From the NCBI GenBank assembly GCA_963833225.1, contig CAWHXD010000019.1:864001-928000 (forward strand): DNA of 64,000 bases, given 5' to 3'. This DNA is from an uncultured Chloroflexia bacterium (GTDB taxonomy: Bacteria; Chloroflexota; Limnocylindria; Limnocylindrales; CSP1-4). Under the pieces are notes generated by a model, which did not search any database, had not been told where the DNA came from, and saw only the letters and a list, made by a program, of their open reading frames with translations. This document shows positions 28,024 to 37,781 of the stretch, piece by piece. How positions within the stretch are numbered: the stretch's first letter is position 1; the number at the start of each line of letters is the position of its first letter. The position numbers and the translations under genes are program-made.

Positions 28024-31000
28024 TCAACGAGGGGCGATCTGGGCGGCCTCCAGGGCCATGCACAGCCCGTTGGCCAGCTGCATCTGGCGCGGCGTATGGC
28101 AGGCGACCCTCAGCAGCGCGGGGGAGCAGACGACCGCGGCCACGCAGCGGGCCCGCGATGTCGCGACGTTCAGGCGGTTGAGCGAGTAGAGGAACTCCAT
28201 CCCGCGCGGGGCGTCCTCGGGTGCCGAGGTCCCCATCGCATAGATGCTGATCGGCCGCTCCTGGCCCTGGAACCGGTCGACGGTCCCCACGAATGGAGCG
28301 CCCAGGCCGGCGCGTGAGAAGGCCTTCTCGATCGCCGCCACGTGCGCGTTGTAGGGCGCGACGATCACCACATCGCCCAGCGTGATCGGTCGTTCGGTGT
28401 CGCTGGCGTCGATCCACGACGGCCCGACCCGGAGGAGCGCGCCGACCAGTGCCGCGACGGCCTCCGCCTCCTCGACGGAGTCCGTGGTGTTGCCCGCGTG
28501 CACCACGGGCAGGTGCTGCATGCCCGCTCCCGAGAGGAGCCCGCTTCCCGTGACCGCCTGCCGCTCGAGTCCCGCGACCGGTCGCAGCCGGCCCTCGTAG
28601 AACGCCTCCGAGGTGAAGTCGCAGACCCGCGGGTGGAGCCGCCAGGTCTCCTCGAGGAAGATGCCCTCGTCGGGTGCGATGGTCGCCCGACCGGCGAGAA
28701 GGTGCCCGAGCGCGCTCAGCTCAGCACCCGGCGGATGGGAGCCCTGGGTTGGCTGATCCAGCTGCTGCGGATCGCCCAGGAGCACCAATCCGCGCGAGGC
28801 CGGTGCGCAGGCGACGGTGTTGGCGAGGCTCAGCTGGCCCGCTTCGTCCACGAACAGCACGTCGAGCAGGGGCTCAGGCAGCGCCATCTCCGGCCGGCAC
28901 CAGGTCCAGGACACGGCGCCGACCACGTCGAGGTCGCCGTCGCGCAGGCTGCGGGCGACGGCGGCATTGTCCGTGAGCGGCGCTGCCCCGGCGAAGGTCG
29001 GCGCCTGGCTCTTCTTTGGCTTCTGGCCGATACGGACCGGCCGCGTCAGCTGACCGGAGGCGGCGAGCGCGGCGGCGGCCTTGGCGACCTCGGCGAGGAG
29101 GTTGCCGATGACCTTGTGGCTGTTCGCAACGACGCCCACCCGCTGGCCCTGCTGGACCAGGGCCACGATCATGCGGGCGCCGGTATAGGTCTTGCCCGAG
29201 CCCGGGGGTCCCTGGATGGCCAGCACCTTGCCCGCGAGCTCAGGAGCCAGCCGGACGGCCGCATCGAGGGGTCGCTCACCCGGGCGCACCAGCGGCACGC
29301 CGGCGACGGTGCCGGGGCGGCGCCGCAGCAGCAGCGCCCGGGCTGCCCCAAGGTCGGGCGTGCCGTCGGGCACGAAGAACGGGTCGGCGAGGCCGTGCCT
29401 GGCCACCCACTCGCCGGTCCGCAGCAGGCTCTCGGAGAGCTCCTTGGTGGGAATGACCTCCAGCGGCACCAGCGCCGTGGGCAGCGGCGTGCCGGCCAGG
29501 CTCGGGCCACGCTTGAGCTGGATCCGACGGCGCACCTCGTCCACCGCCATCACGTCGCCGGCCGACGCCCCCGTCGAGGGATCACGCACGGTTGCGTCCG
29601 GGTCGACCTTGTGGTCCTGCTCGGGAAACTCGAAGGTCCAGACCTTCGACGACTTCTCGATGCGAGGCGCTCCCACGACGACGAGCCCGGCGAGGGGCTC
29701 CTTCTCGTCGCGCAGCTCGTCCTCGCCCAGTCTCAGGAGCTCGAGATATCGCCACCAGGCCGAACTTGTCCTCGCGCCGGTGCCAGGCAAGGAGTTGGGC
29801 GAGCAGCCAGCGGCCGTTCGCATCCGGGTTCGTCGCGCGCTCCGCCGGGTCTGCCGTGACGTCGCCGGCGAGCTGGATCGTCAGCGCCGCGACGCGCCGC
29901 TCCCGCTCGTCGAGGTCCCCCTTGGCCAGGCCGGAGTCAATGACGGCCTGGGCAGGCTGCGGCCCTCGCGCGTCTCCAGCTCGGCCCGGCGCCCTTCCAA
30001 CCAGTCCCGCAGGCGCAGGTTGGAGACCACGTCGTCGCGGTTGTAGCCCTCGATCCCGGCCAGGATCCGCGGGCCATCCTCAACGGGATCGTCGGGTCCC
30101 AGCTCCAGCCAGGTCTCGAAGGCGACGATCGAGGATCCTGCATCCTTGAGGTCCACCTCCCGCATCGAGGCCATCGAGCGGCTCGATCCGCTTGATCGAG
30201 TAGCTCTCCACGCCGGCACGAAGCCCCTGGCGGACGACGCGGAACAGGTCGACCAGCAGCTCGGCCCGCAGGATGCGGTCGAACCTCGGCCTCACGGGTG
30301 CCGTGGACGCTGCGCCAGGCGACCAAGCGCGGTGTGCTCGTAGGCGGCGTAGTGGTAGACGTCATCGCCGGGTCCCGCGCCCAGCGGTCCATGATCAGGT
30401 GAACGGTACTGCTCGAAGGCGGCCTTCTTCGGCGGCCCAGGTGACCCAACCCTCGCGGTCGAGGCTCCAGGATCGAGTGGAACCTCGGGACGGGTCCCAG
30501 CGACCCATCCGTCCCGCCCGGCTCGTCGACCCCGGCCCATCGCTGCGTCTTCCTCGGTCAGGCGCGGCTCGAGGAATCCAAACAGGTACGTCGACGCCCT
30601 CGTCGAGGGCGAACGGGTCGCCCTCGAGATCCAGGAACAGATCGCCATGGCTGGGGAAGGGCAGGCCGAGCAGCCCGCGGCCGGGCACGGCTCGCCATCC
30701 ACGCCGAGGTCGAGCGGCAGCAGCTCATAGCGAACCTCTCCCGCGTCCTCCGACTCGACCTGGATCCGCGCCTGCTCCCGGATCCCGGCCGGTGCGGCGG
30801 GCTGATCCCGACCACGCGTTCCACGGGCGGCAGCTGGAGACCGGCCAGCGCGCGGCGAGTCGACACGCCCCGGCCCTTGAGCGCCTTTCGCTGCCGCGTG
30901 GCGGCGCCCGCGACGCGGCTCAGGTCATCGTCCGCGCGCCGGCGGGCGCGGCACTCCGGTGCCCAGCGGCAGACCAGGCAGTGCTCGACCGGCTCCGGAT

Positions 31001-31724
31001 ACGTCGCCACGGGAGGGTAGGTGGGCTCGGCAGCGACGGCTCCCAGCACGCCGACAGCCGTCGCGAAGTCCGCCTTGACGCGGCGGAAGTACGCCATGTA
31101 GTCATCGACCCGAAGCGTCTCGGTCTGGCGTTGCCGACCCCCGAGGACGACATGAAGGCGTTCCGGACGGTGGCCCTGGACCTCCGTCAGCTGGTCCACG
31201 TACGAGCAGATCTGCAGGATCGCGGATGCCTTGACGTGACGGGCGAGCTTCGTGTCCGCCACCTCGTAGTGCCACGGGCCCAACGCGCTGTCAGGCGTGC
31301 CCGGTTGATGGTCGACCCGGAGCAGAAAGTCCGCGTGACCGCGCCAGGTGCCGTCGAAGAAGGTGGCCTGGTAGATGACGTCCGCCCCGCCGCGGAGGGC
31401 GGCTCGGGTCTCGTCCGCCGCCGCCCGGAGATCAGCCCCGGCGTCACTCGGGACCCGCGCCCCGCCGTCCGTGATCGGAGCCGCCGCGGATCCGTCCTTC
31501 TCGATCTCCACCACCCGCCGGCCGTCTGCGCGCAAGTCCGCGAGGAAGCGCCGCTCGTGCTCCAGGCCCCGCTTGGCGACCAGCTCGATCGTCGGGTCGT
31601 TGCGCACGGGCTTCTTCACCAGCCCATGCATGGCGGCCCGTTCAAGCGCGAATCGGTGCTCGCAGGCGAGGAACCCCACCAGATCCGTGGCGGCAAACAC
31701 CGGGCGACCGTCGATCAGCTGCAT
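28024..31724 (-). CDS. TM0106 family RecB-like nuclease / RNase H-like / SF1 helicase (several frameshifts in about 29750-30800)
   Basis: ATDL..C, GHADFL..EVADTKLAR, LFLDLEGDP, YHYA, YSIKRIE, YNRDDV, QGPPGSGKT, DEAGQ, GDPQQL, TVDRFQGQE, NVATSRAR spread over ORF fragments. Confidence 0.88.
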
Positions 31725-31801
31725 GTCCAGCCATCGTACGGGCCAGCCATGCCACCTCGCCTGTCACGACGGACACCGGCTTCCGACCGTAGACTGCGCG
31801 A

Positions 31802-32272
31802 GTGGACGTTCCACGCAAGCCGCCCAATCGAATCGACGAGCACGGGGTTCGGCACGTCGCCCCCACGTGGGAGAGCCTCGTCGACCGCCAGATCCGCGAG
31901 GCCATCGAGGAGGGCAAGTTCGACGACCTCCCGTACACCGGCCGGCCGCTGCCAACCCTGGACGACAGCGCGGCGGGGGAGTGGGCGATGGCCTATCGGA
32001 TGCTCCGCAACGCCGGTGCCGCGCCTCCGTGGATCGAGGCCGACAAGGCGGCACGGGCCCTGCTCGAGCGGCGTGACGCGCTGGTGCGAAGGGCGGCCAG
32101 TGCCTCGTCCGCGACCATGCGCCGCTTGCAGGTGGACCTGGAGCGGCTCGTCGTCGAGATCAACGCGGCGATCGGCCGGCTCAACGCGGAGGCGCCGACG
32201 GATCGCCAGCACCGCCGTCCGCTCGTGCTCGCCGACGAGCTTGCCCGCCTCGAGGCCGCGCGTCGGCCGTGA
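31802..32272 (+). CDS. DUF1992 (DnaJ family-associated) domain protein
   Basis: WESLVDRQIREAIEEGKFDDLPYTGRPL, LRNAGAAPPWIE. Confidence 0.88.
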   Translation: MDVPRKPPNRIDEHGVRHVAPTWESLVDRQIREAIEEGKFDDLPYTGRPLPTLDDSAAGEWAMAYRMLRNAGAAPPWIEADKAARALLERRDALVRRAASASSATMRRLQVDLERLVVEINAAIGRLNAEAPTDRQHRRPLVLADELARLEAARRP

Positions 32273-32817
32273 CCACCGCGGACCCGGCATCTCGCCCCGC
32301 ATCCGTCCGCGCGCCCGGGCCCGTCACCGTACGCGACGCGACGCCCGATGACGCCGACTCGATCCGCGAGGTGGCAGCGGCGGCCTGGCGGTCCACCTAC
32401 GCCGGGCTGATCGGCGACGAGTCGATCGAGCGGTTCATCGCCACCGCCTACACCATCGAGCGGGTCGCGACCCGGATCGAGCGCCACGTGGTGCTGGTCG
32501 CTGGCGCTCCAGACGGCCCGGTCGAGGCGTTCGCGGAGACCGTGACCCAGGACGACCACGTCCAGGTCGTCGCGATCTACGCCCGGCCCGATGCCCGCGG
32601 CCGGGGCCTGGGATCGGCGCTGCTCCAGCGCGCGGTCGAGCTCCACCCGGGCGAGGACCTCGCCGCGGACGTCCTCGTCGGCAACGCCCTCGCGGAGCCG
32701 TTCTACGCGGCCCGCGGGTTCCAGCCCGGCGAGCTGCTCACCGACGAGATCGCAGGCGAGGAGATCGTCGAGCGCCGCTGGTGGCTGCGGGCCGCGCGAT
32801 CGCCCAGCGAGAGCTGA
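32269..32817 (+). CDS. GNAT family N-acetyltransferase
   Basis: VRDATPDD, AWRSTY, IYARPDARGRGLGSALL, N..FY..RGF. Confidence 0.88.
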   Translation: MTTADPASRPASVRAPGPVTVRDATPDDADSIREVAAAAWRSTYAGLIGDESIERFIATAYTIERVATRIERHVVLVAGAPDGPVEAFAETVTQDDHVQVVAIYARPDARGRGLGSALLQRAVELHPGEDLAADVLVGNALAEPFYAARGFQPGELLTDEIAGEEIVERRWWLRAARSPSES

Positions 32818-33001
32818 CCCCCCGGCGGTTGAACGATGCGCTCCCGGCGGGAGCCAAACCGCCCGGCGGCTGAACGGTGCGCTCCCGGTGGGGATCAGCT
32901 CGCCCAGCGAGCGATCCGTGCGCTCGTGGCCCGGTCCCCGCCTATTCTGGATCGCCCGGCGAGCGAGAACGCGCGCGACCGCACGGTTCACCCGCCCGGC
33001 G
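32801..33001. repeat. Degenerate 40-52-bp repeat array built on CGCCC(A/G)GCG
   Basis: Motif at 32801, 32819 (variant), 32860, 32901, 32953, 32993; the 41-bp units at 32819 and 32860 are near-duplicates. Confidence 0.7.
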
Positions 33002-33091
33002 AGCGAAGCGCATGCCGGTGGCTGGGCGCAGGCCCCGGCGAGGGCTGAGCCGCGACCTGCCGCGGCCGGTCCCGTTCGACGGGCGGACGCC

Positions 33092-34464
33092 CTACCCGAA
33101 CAGCGCCTCGATCGCGGCGCGGAACACCTCGGTGTGCCGGTCCACGTCCGCCTCGACTGTCGCCGGCGACATCAGGGCCATGTTGTGGAACGGCGTCATG
33201 AGCACGCCCCGGTTCATCGCCCACAGGTGCAGGAACCGCTCCAGCTCCGGGTCCATCGGCATCGTTGAGCGCGCGTGCCGTTGCGCGGCGGCTCGGGCAG
33301 GAAGTGGTACTCCGCCCTGGCCCCGAGCCGCGTGACATGCCATGGGCACGTCGTTCGCCCGCAGCGACCTCGTTCACGCCGGCCTCGAAGCGCTCGCCAA
33401 GCGGGATCATCCGCGCGAACGCCTCCTCGGTGAGCACCTCGGCCAGGGTTGCCCGGATCGCCGCCAGCGACAGCGCGTTGCCGGCGAGCGTGCCGCCGAT
33501 GCCGCCGACGTCGGAGTCCTCGCGCTCGATCGACGCGGAGATTTGGGCCGCCACGTCCTCGGTGAACCCGTAGGCCGCCGCCGGGATCCCGCCGCCGATC
33601 GTCTTGCCGATGGTCAGGAAGTCCGGCTCCAGGCCGTGTGCGCCGCGTGTACCCGCCGGGCCCGGCGCAGATCGTGTGCGTCTCGTCGTTGATCAGCAGC
33701 GTCCCGTAGCGGCGGGTGAGCTCGCGAACCCCCTCGTGGTAGCCGGGCTCGGGCAGCACGATCCCGACGTTCGTGAGCGCAGGCTCGAACAGGCAGGCGG
33801 CGACGTCGCCCTTGGCCAGCGCCGCGCTCGAGCCCCTCGAGGTCGTTGATCTCGACGACCCGGGTCGTCTCCGAGACCGGAACCGGCGCGCCGATGTTGC
33901 CCGCCGGTCGACCGCGTCGCCGTCGGGCCCGATCACGGCGAACGTCTCGTCCACGGAGCCGTGGTAGCAGTGGTTGTGGACCAGGATCTTCGCGCGACCC
34001 GTGATGTGGCGGGCCAGCCGGATGACGAAGCGGTTGGCGTCGGTCGCCGTGAGCGTGAACTGCCAGTACCGCACGCCGAACCGTCGGCTGCAGCTCATCG
34101 CCCGCCGCGATGGCGTCCTCGGTCGGGAGCATGTGGGTGATCCCGCGACGCAGCTGACGCTCGACCGCCCGCAGCGTGGCCTCAGGGCCGTGGCCGGCCA
34201 TGGCGCCGGTGTCGCCCAGGCAGAAGTCGACGTAGTCGTGGCCGTCCACGTCGCGTGAACCGTGCGCCCCGAGGCCGACTCCACGAACAGCGGAAGCGCG
34301 CCGGCCCACTTGACCATCCAGTTCATCGGCACGCCGTCGAGCAGGGACCCCTTCGCCTGCTCGAACAGCGCTCGTGACCGCGGGTTGGCGCGCTCGAACG
34401 CCGCCAGCTCCTCCGCCATCAGGCGCTCGAGGCGGGAACGGTCGAGGGTCCTGGAGCTGGCCAT
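33092..34464 (-). CDS. Class III aminotransferase, glutamate-semialdehyde aminomutase-like (multiple frameshifts)
   Basis: GVPMNWM, DVDGHDYVDFCLGDTGAMAGH, TATDANR, CYHG, EPALTN, NDETHT, TIGKTIGGG, GGTLAGN, TPFHNM across frames. Confidence 0.85.
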
Positions 34465-34563
34465 GATGTGAGGCTCCTTGCCACGGCGCCGGCTCGCTGC
34501 CCGCCGTCGATCAGATGATGCCCGGTTGGCGCCAGTCCCGGTCATGCCGTCCCGGACATGAGG

Positions 34564-34596
34564 ACGCCCCGGACCGCGGGGGACGGTCCGGGGCGT
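34564..34596 (-). terminator. GC-rich hairpin after the DUF4397 gene
   Basis: ACGCCCCGGACCG-7 nt-CGGTCCGGGGCGT perfect 13-bp stem about 15 nt after the stop; no clear U-tract. Confidence 0.6.
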
Positions 34597-34610
34597 GGGG
34601 AGGGACGAGG

Positions 34611-35423
34611 CTAGTTGACGGAGGCGCGGTTCGTGACGAGGCGGCGCGAGGTCACCAGGGCCAGGAGGCCGACGCCAGCCACGATGAGCAGCCAGGCGCC
34701 CGACGAGCCCGGCGACGTGTCGGTAGCCGGGGCGGCCATGCCGTCAACGCCCACGACGTAGGTCAGGGGCTCGATGCCGTCGCCGCCCGTGAGGGAGCCG
34801 ATGGCGAACACGCTGTAGGCCACGCCGCCCTGCAGGTCGAGCGCAGGCAGGTCGACCGCGTCCGGGCAGACGGTGTTGTCCGAGTTGAGGCAGACCTTGA
34901 GGTCGTAGCTGCCGGGGGCGAGCTTGAGGTAGCCCGTGGCGTCCGGGTAGGTGAGGTTCTCGACGACCTTCGCGCCGCCATCCTGGGTCAGGACGTCAAC
35001 CGCGGGGGTGTCGGCGGAGAGATGCAGGACGCGGACCTTGGCCTTGCCGTCGACGGCGTTGCCGTCGGTGAACAGGTCGGCCTTGATGTCGGCGAGCAGA
35101 TCGGAAGCGGCGATGGTGTACTTCTCGCCGGCGGCGAAGGTGAGGTCGACCGGCCCGATCGGGCAGACGGTGTTGTCGGCCGTGGCGCAGACCTTGATCG
35201 AGTAGGTGCCGGCCGGGACCTTGACGTAGGAGGTCAGGTCGCCGAAGGAGGCGCCGGAGAGGGCGTCGACCTTTCCGTCGTTGACGAAGACGTCGACCGA
35301 CGGGGCGTCCGGGGACGCGTGGAGAACGCGAACCATCGCGTTGGTCGCGGCCGAAACGGGGATGGCCGCGGTGAGGACCAGGGCGCCGGTGGCGATGAGG
35401 CCGGCAAGTCGGGCAGTGCGCAC
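34611..35423 (-). CDS. DUF4397 domain secreted, C-terminally anchored protein
   Basis: Signal peptide, two repeats VRVLHASPDAPSVDV / VRVLHLSADTPAVDV, PATD plus TM plus basic tail. Confidence 0.9.
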   Translation of the reverse strand: MRTARLAGLIATGALVLTAAIPVSAATNAMVRVLHASPDAPSVDVFVNDGKVDALSGASFGDLTSYVKVPAGTYSIKVCATADNTVCPIGPVDLTFAAGEKYTIAASDLLADIKADLFTDGNAVDGKAKVRVLHLSADTPAVDVLTQDGGAKVVENLTYPDATGYLKLAPGSYDLKVCLNSDNTVCPDAVDLPALDLQGGVAYSVFAIGSLTGGDGIEPLTYVVGVDGMAAPATDTSPGSSGAWLLIVAGVGLLALVTSRRLVTNRASVN

Positions 35424-35505
35424 GAGGCAGTCTCCAGGGTGCGGTGTGGGCTTGGCCGGTCGCTCGGGTGACCGCCGCCGGACCTCTCTTGGTCCGTGCC
35501 CTCAG

Positions 35506-35531
35506 TTCGCGCCAGGGTGCCGTGTGGATTG
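35506..35531 (-). promoter_or_regulatory. SigK-type ECF promoter candidate
   Basis: CAATCC-16 bp-CGAA on the minus strand upstream of DUF4397; same pattern at 45012..45037. Confidence 0.55.
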
Positions 35532-35539
35532 GGGGAATC

Positions 35540-35565
35540 GAAACGGCCGGCCCAGGGGCCGGCCG
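35540..35565 (-). terminator. Intrinsic terminator after the small zinc-ribbon gene
   Basis: Minus strand CGGCCGGCC-CCTG-GGCCGGCCG followed by TTT. Confidence 0.6.
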
Positions 35566-35630
35566 CAGATGGTTCGGGCGTGAGGCTCTGAGTGGCTCAG
35601 GCCGCGGAACCTGATGTGGTCAGGTGTGGC

Positions 35631-35819
35631 TCAGTTGAGCCTGCGGACGTAGCCGCAGATCTCGCAGTGAGCCACGCCGCCGAGCTCGTCGATGACGAGG
35701 AAGGAGGTGCAGCCATTGGTGGCGCAGTAGAGGCGATTCGCGTTGACCACTCGACGCCGCATCCTGCGGATCGAGCTTGCGCGATGCGCCACGGCATTCG
35801 TGGTGGCGCGGGTGAGCAT
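35631..35819 (-). CDS. Small basic zinc-ribbon protein (62 aa)
   Basis: CATNGC..HCEICG, Arg-rich N-half; GGAAAGGA RBS, own promoter and terminator. Confidence 0.75.
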   Translation of the reverse strand: MLTRATTNAVAHRASSIRRMRRRVVNANRLYCATNGCTSFLVIDELGGVAHCEICGYVRRLN

Positions 35820-35829
35820 GAGACGAGTG

Positions 35830-35922
35830 TTCCTTTCCGGGCTCCGTCGTGTTGAGACGGGCCTGCCTCCGCTCCAACGGCCGTGACATTCGGGGGCCGG
35901 AGCGGTGTGATGTTGAGCCCGG
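35830..35922 (-). other. Structured 5' leader (three-way junction) abutting the RBS
   Basis: CCGGGCTC/GAGCCCGG closing stem, CCGTC/GACGG and CCGCTCC..GGCC/GGCC..GGAGCGG arms, CTCAACA twice. Confidence 0.5.
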
Positions 35923-35986
35923 TGCGGCGACGGGATGCGCGTGATGGGCGCCGGCCTCGCGGCCGCGTGCGTCGGGCGATGGATGA

Positions 35987-36015
35987 ATCATGGGGTGAAC
36001 AGGCGTTCCTGTCAA
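35987..36015 (-). promoter_or_regulatory. sigma70 promoter with LexA-type SOS box in the spacer
   Basis: TTGACA (36015-36010)-17 bp-CATGAT (35992-35987); GAAC-AGGC-GTTC at 35997..36008. Confidence 0.7.
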
Positions 36016-36258
36016 CTGCCCCAATCGGGGCAGGACCCCACCGGGCGGATTGGGGGTCGCCTGGCGCTCGATTCCGCGACCCCACGGCGGGACGCCCGCA
36101 GCCAACCGCGTCCCGATCGGATGCCATACTGAGAAGCACGGGTCGCCCCGCTGCCTCGTCCCCGGCAGGCGGGCACGGCCGGCGTCCATGAGCGGCGTGG
36201 CGAGGGACCGCCGCTCGCTGGGTCTCGACAGTGGTGTGTGACAAGGGAGGAGTCTGGC

Positions 36259-37674
36259 GTGCGGCGTCCACGGCACATCGAGGCGGCCGTCCTTGCGGTC
36301 GCCATTCTGGCGGGCTGCGGTGGCACAACCGACCTCGCGGCCCCATCGGCACCACCGGTCTCCACGGCTCCGGCCACGGTGGCCGCTCCGACACCCTCGG
36401 ATACCAGTCAGCCAACAGCCGCAGCCACCCCCGCTCCGATCGCAACGCCTGTGCCCGCATGGCGCGACTACCCCGTGCCCGACGCCCGGCGCGCGACGGT
36501 CGAGGCCGTCGGCGCCGACGGGACGGTCTACCTGGCGACGTTCGCGGACACGACGGGCCTGGACGAGACGGACGTCCAGCTCATCGCGCTGGGACCCGAC
36601 GGTGTGCCGAGGGCCGACTGGAGCTCACCGACGATCCCTCCCGGCTCCGTCATCGCGGCGGCGCGAGCTGCGGCTGACGGCAGCCTGTACGTGGTCCTCG
36701 GGCCGGATCAGTTCGCCGAGAACCTGGAAGCGCCGTCACTGACGGTCATGCGCCTGGACAGCGATGGCTCGGTGGCGCCCGGCTGGCCTGTCCGTATCGA
36801 CAGCGCGTCCCTGACCTCGGGGCCTGTCCTGGTCTGGGACGAGCTTTGCTTCGCCTGGGCGCCGGCACGCAACGAGGCCACGGTCGAGTGCCTGGCTGCG
36901 GACGGGTCTCGCCCTGCCGGCTGGCCGCTGGTGTTCGACGCCAACGCGCTGGTCGGGCCGAGCCCCGCACCCGACGGGCCGCTGTACCTGTCCACGTACC
37001 AGATCTCGATTGCGGCCGGGCCCACCTTCGGGTCGGCGACGATCGACGCGTATGGTTCGGATGGCCGCCTGGTGAGTGGCTGGCAGTCATATCAGGCGCC
37101 CAAGAAACAGATCTCCTACGTGGCCCCGGTCGCGGGCGGCTTGCTCGAGCTGCGCTACGACGCCGGACTGATGTCCGGCCAGGTGACCCTGACCTGGCGC
37201 AACAGCGACGGCACCCCGTCGGGGCCGACCGCCAGGGGCCCCAAGGGCGACCTGTACCCGACACTCACGGTCGGCTCGGACGGCACGCCGTACGTCGCCT
37301 ACGGCAACGGTGGGTGGGCTACGACCGACGGCGCCGTTGCGAATGCGGGCCGCGGGATCGTCGTCGCCTACGGGATGGACGGCAAGCCCAAGCCCGGCTG
37401 GCCGGTGTCGTTCAAGGGCTGGCCGCAGAACGGCTCGGGGATCGACCCGCTGCCGGTCGGCCCGGATGGGTCGGTGTGGGTCGTGGAGCGGATGAACGGT
37501 TTCGGAGCTGTGGTCCACCACCTGGGCCCGGATGGAACCGAGCTTCTCGGCAAGCCGCTGGCGCTCACCGGCGACTTCTTCATGTTCGCCGTGACCGGGC
37601 CAGACGGAACGCTCTACACGACCGACCGTTCCGATGGGACGACGAAGGTCATCGCCGTCAAGGCGCGCGGCTGA
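36259..37674 (+). CDS. Hypothetical lipoprotein with repeated DG..(G/D)W(P) units, probable beta-propeller
   Basis: GGAGG RBS, lipobox LAGC, Pro/Thr linker, about 7 repeats such as RLDSDGSVAPGWPV. Confidence 0.8.
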   Translation: MRRPRHIEAAVLAVAILAGCGGTTDLAAPSAPPVSTAPATVAAPTPSDTSQPTAAATPAPIATPVPAWRDYPVPDARRATVEAVGADGTVYLATFADTTGLDETDVQLIALGPDGVPRADWSSPTIPPGSVIAAARAAADGSLYVVLGPDQFAENLEAPSLTVMRLDSDGSVAPGWPVRIDSASLTSGPVLVWDELCFAWAPARNEATVECLAADGSRPAGWPLVFDANALVGPSPAPDGPLYLSTYQISIAAGPTFGSATIDAYGSDGRLVSGWQSYQAPKKQISYVAPVAGGLLELRYDAGLMSGQVTLTWRNSDGTPSGPTARGPKGDLYPTLTVGSDGTPYVAYGNGGWATTDGAVANAGRGIVVAYGMDGKPKPGWPVSFKGWPQNGSGIDPLPVGPDGSVWVVERMNGFGAVVHHLGPDGTELLGKPLALTGDFFMFAVTGPDGTLYTTDRSDGTTKVIAVKARG

Positions 37675-37693
37675 CACGGATCGGCGGGCGCCA

Positions 37694-37719
37694 GGAACCC
37701 TCGGCCACCCGGCTCCGTC
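37694..37719 (+). promoter_or_regulatory. ECF sigma promoter candidate
   Basis: GGAACC-16 bp-CGTC upstream of the META lipoprotein gene. Confidence 0.45.
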
Positions 37720-37781
37720 TGGGCGGGGATGGTTTGGCGTGTCAGCCACCGTCCCTGACCCGTCCCGACAAGGTGACCCCC

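Noticed and set aside
32801-33001. Repeat-spacer pattern as a mini CRISPR array
   Set aside because: Conserved part is only ~9-13 bp and two intervening segments are near-duplicates; kept as a phased motif array instead
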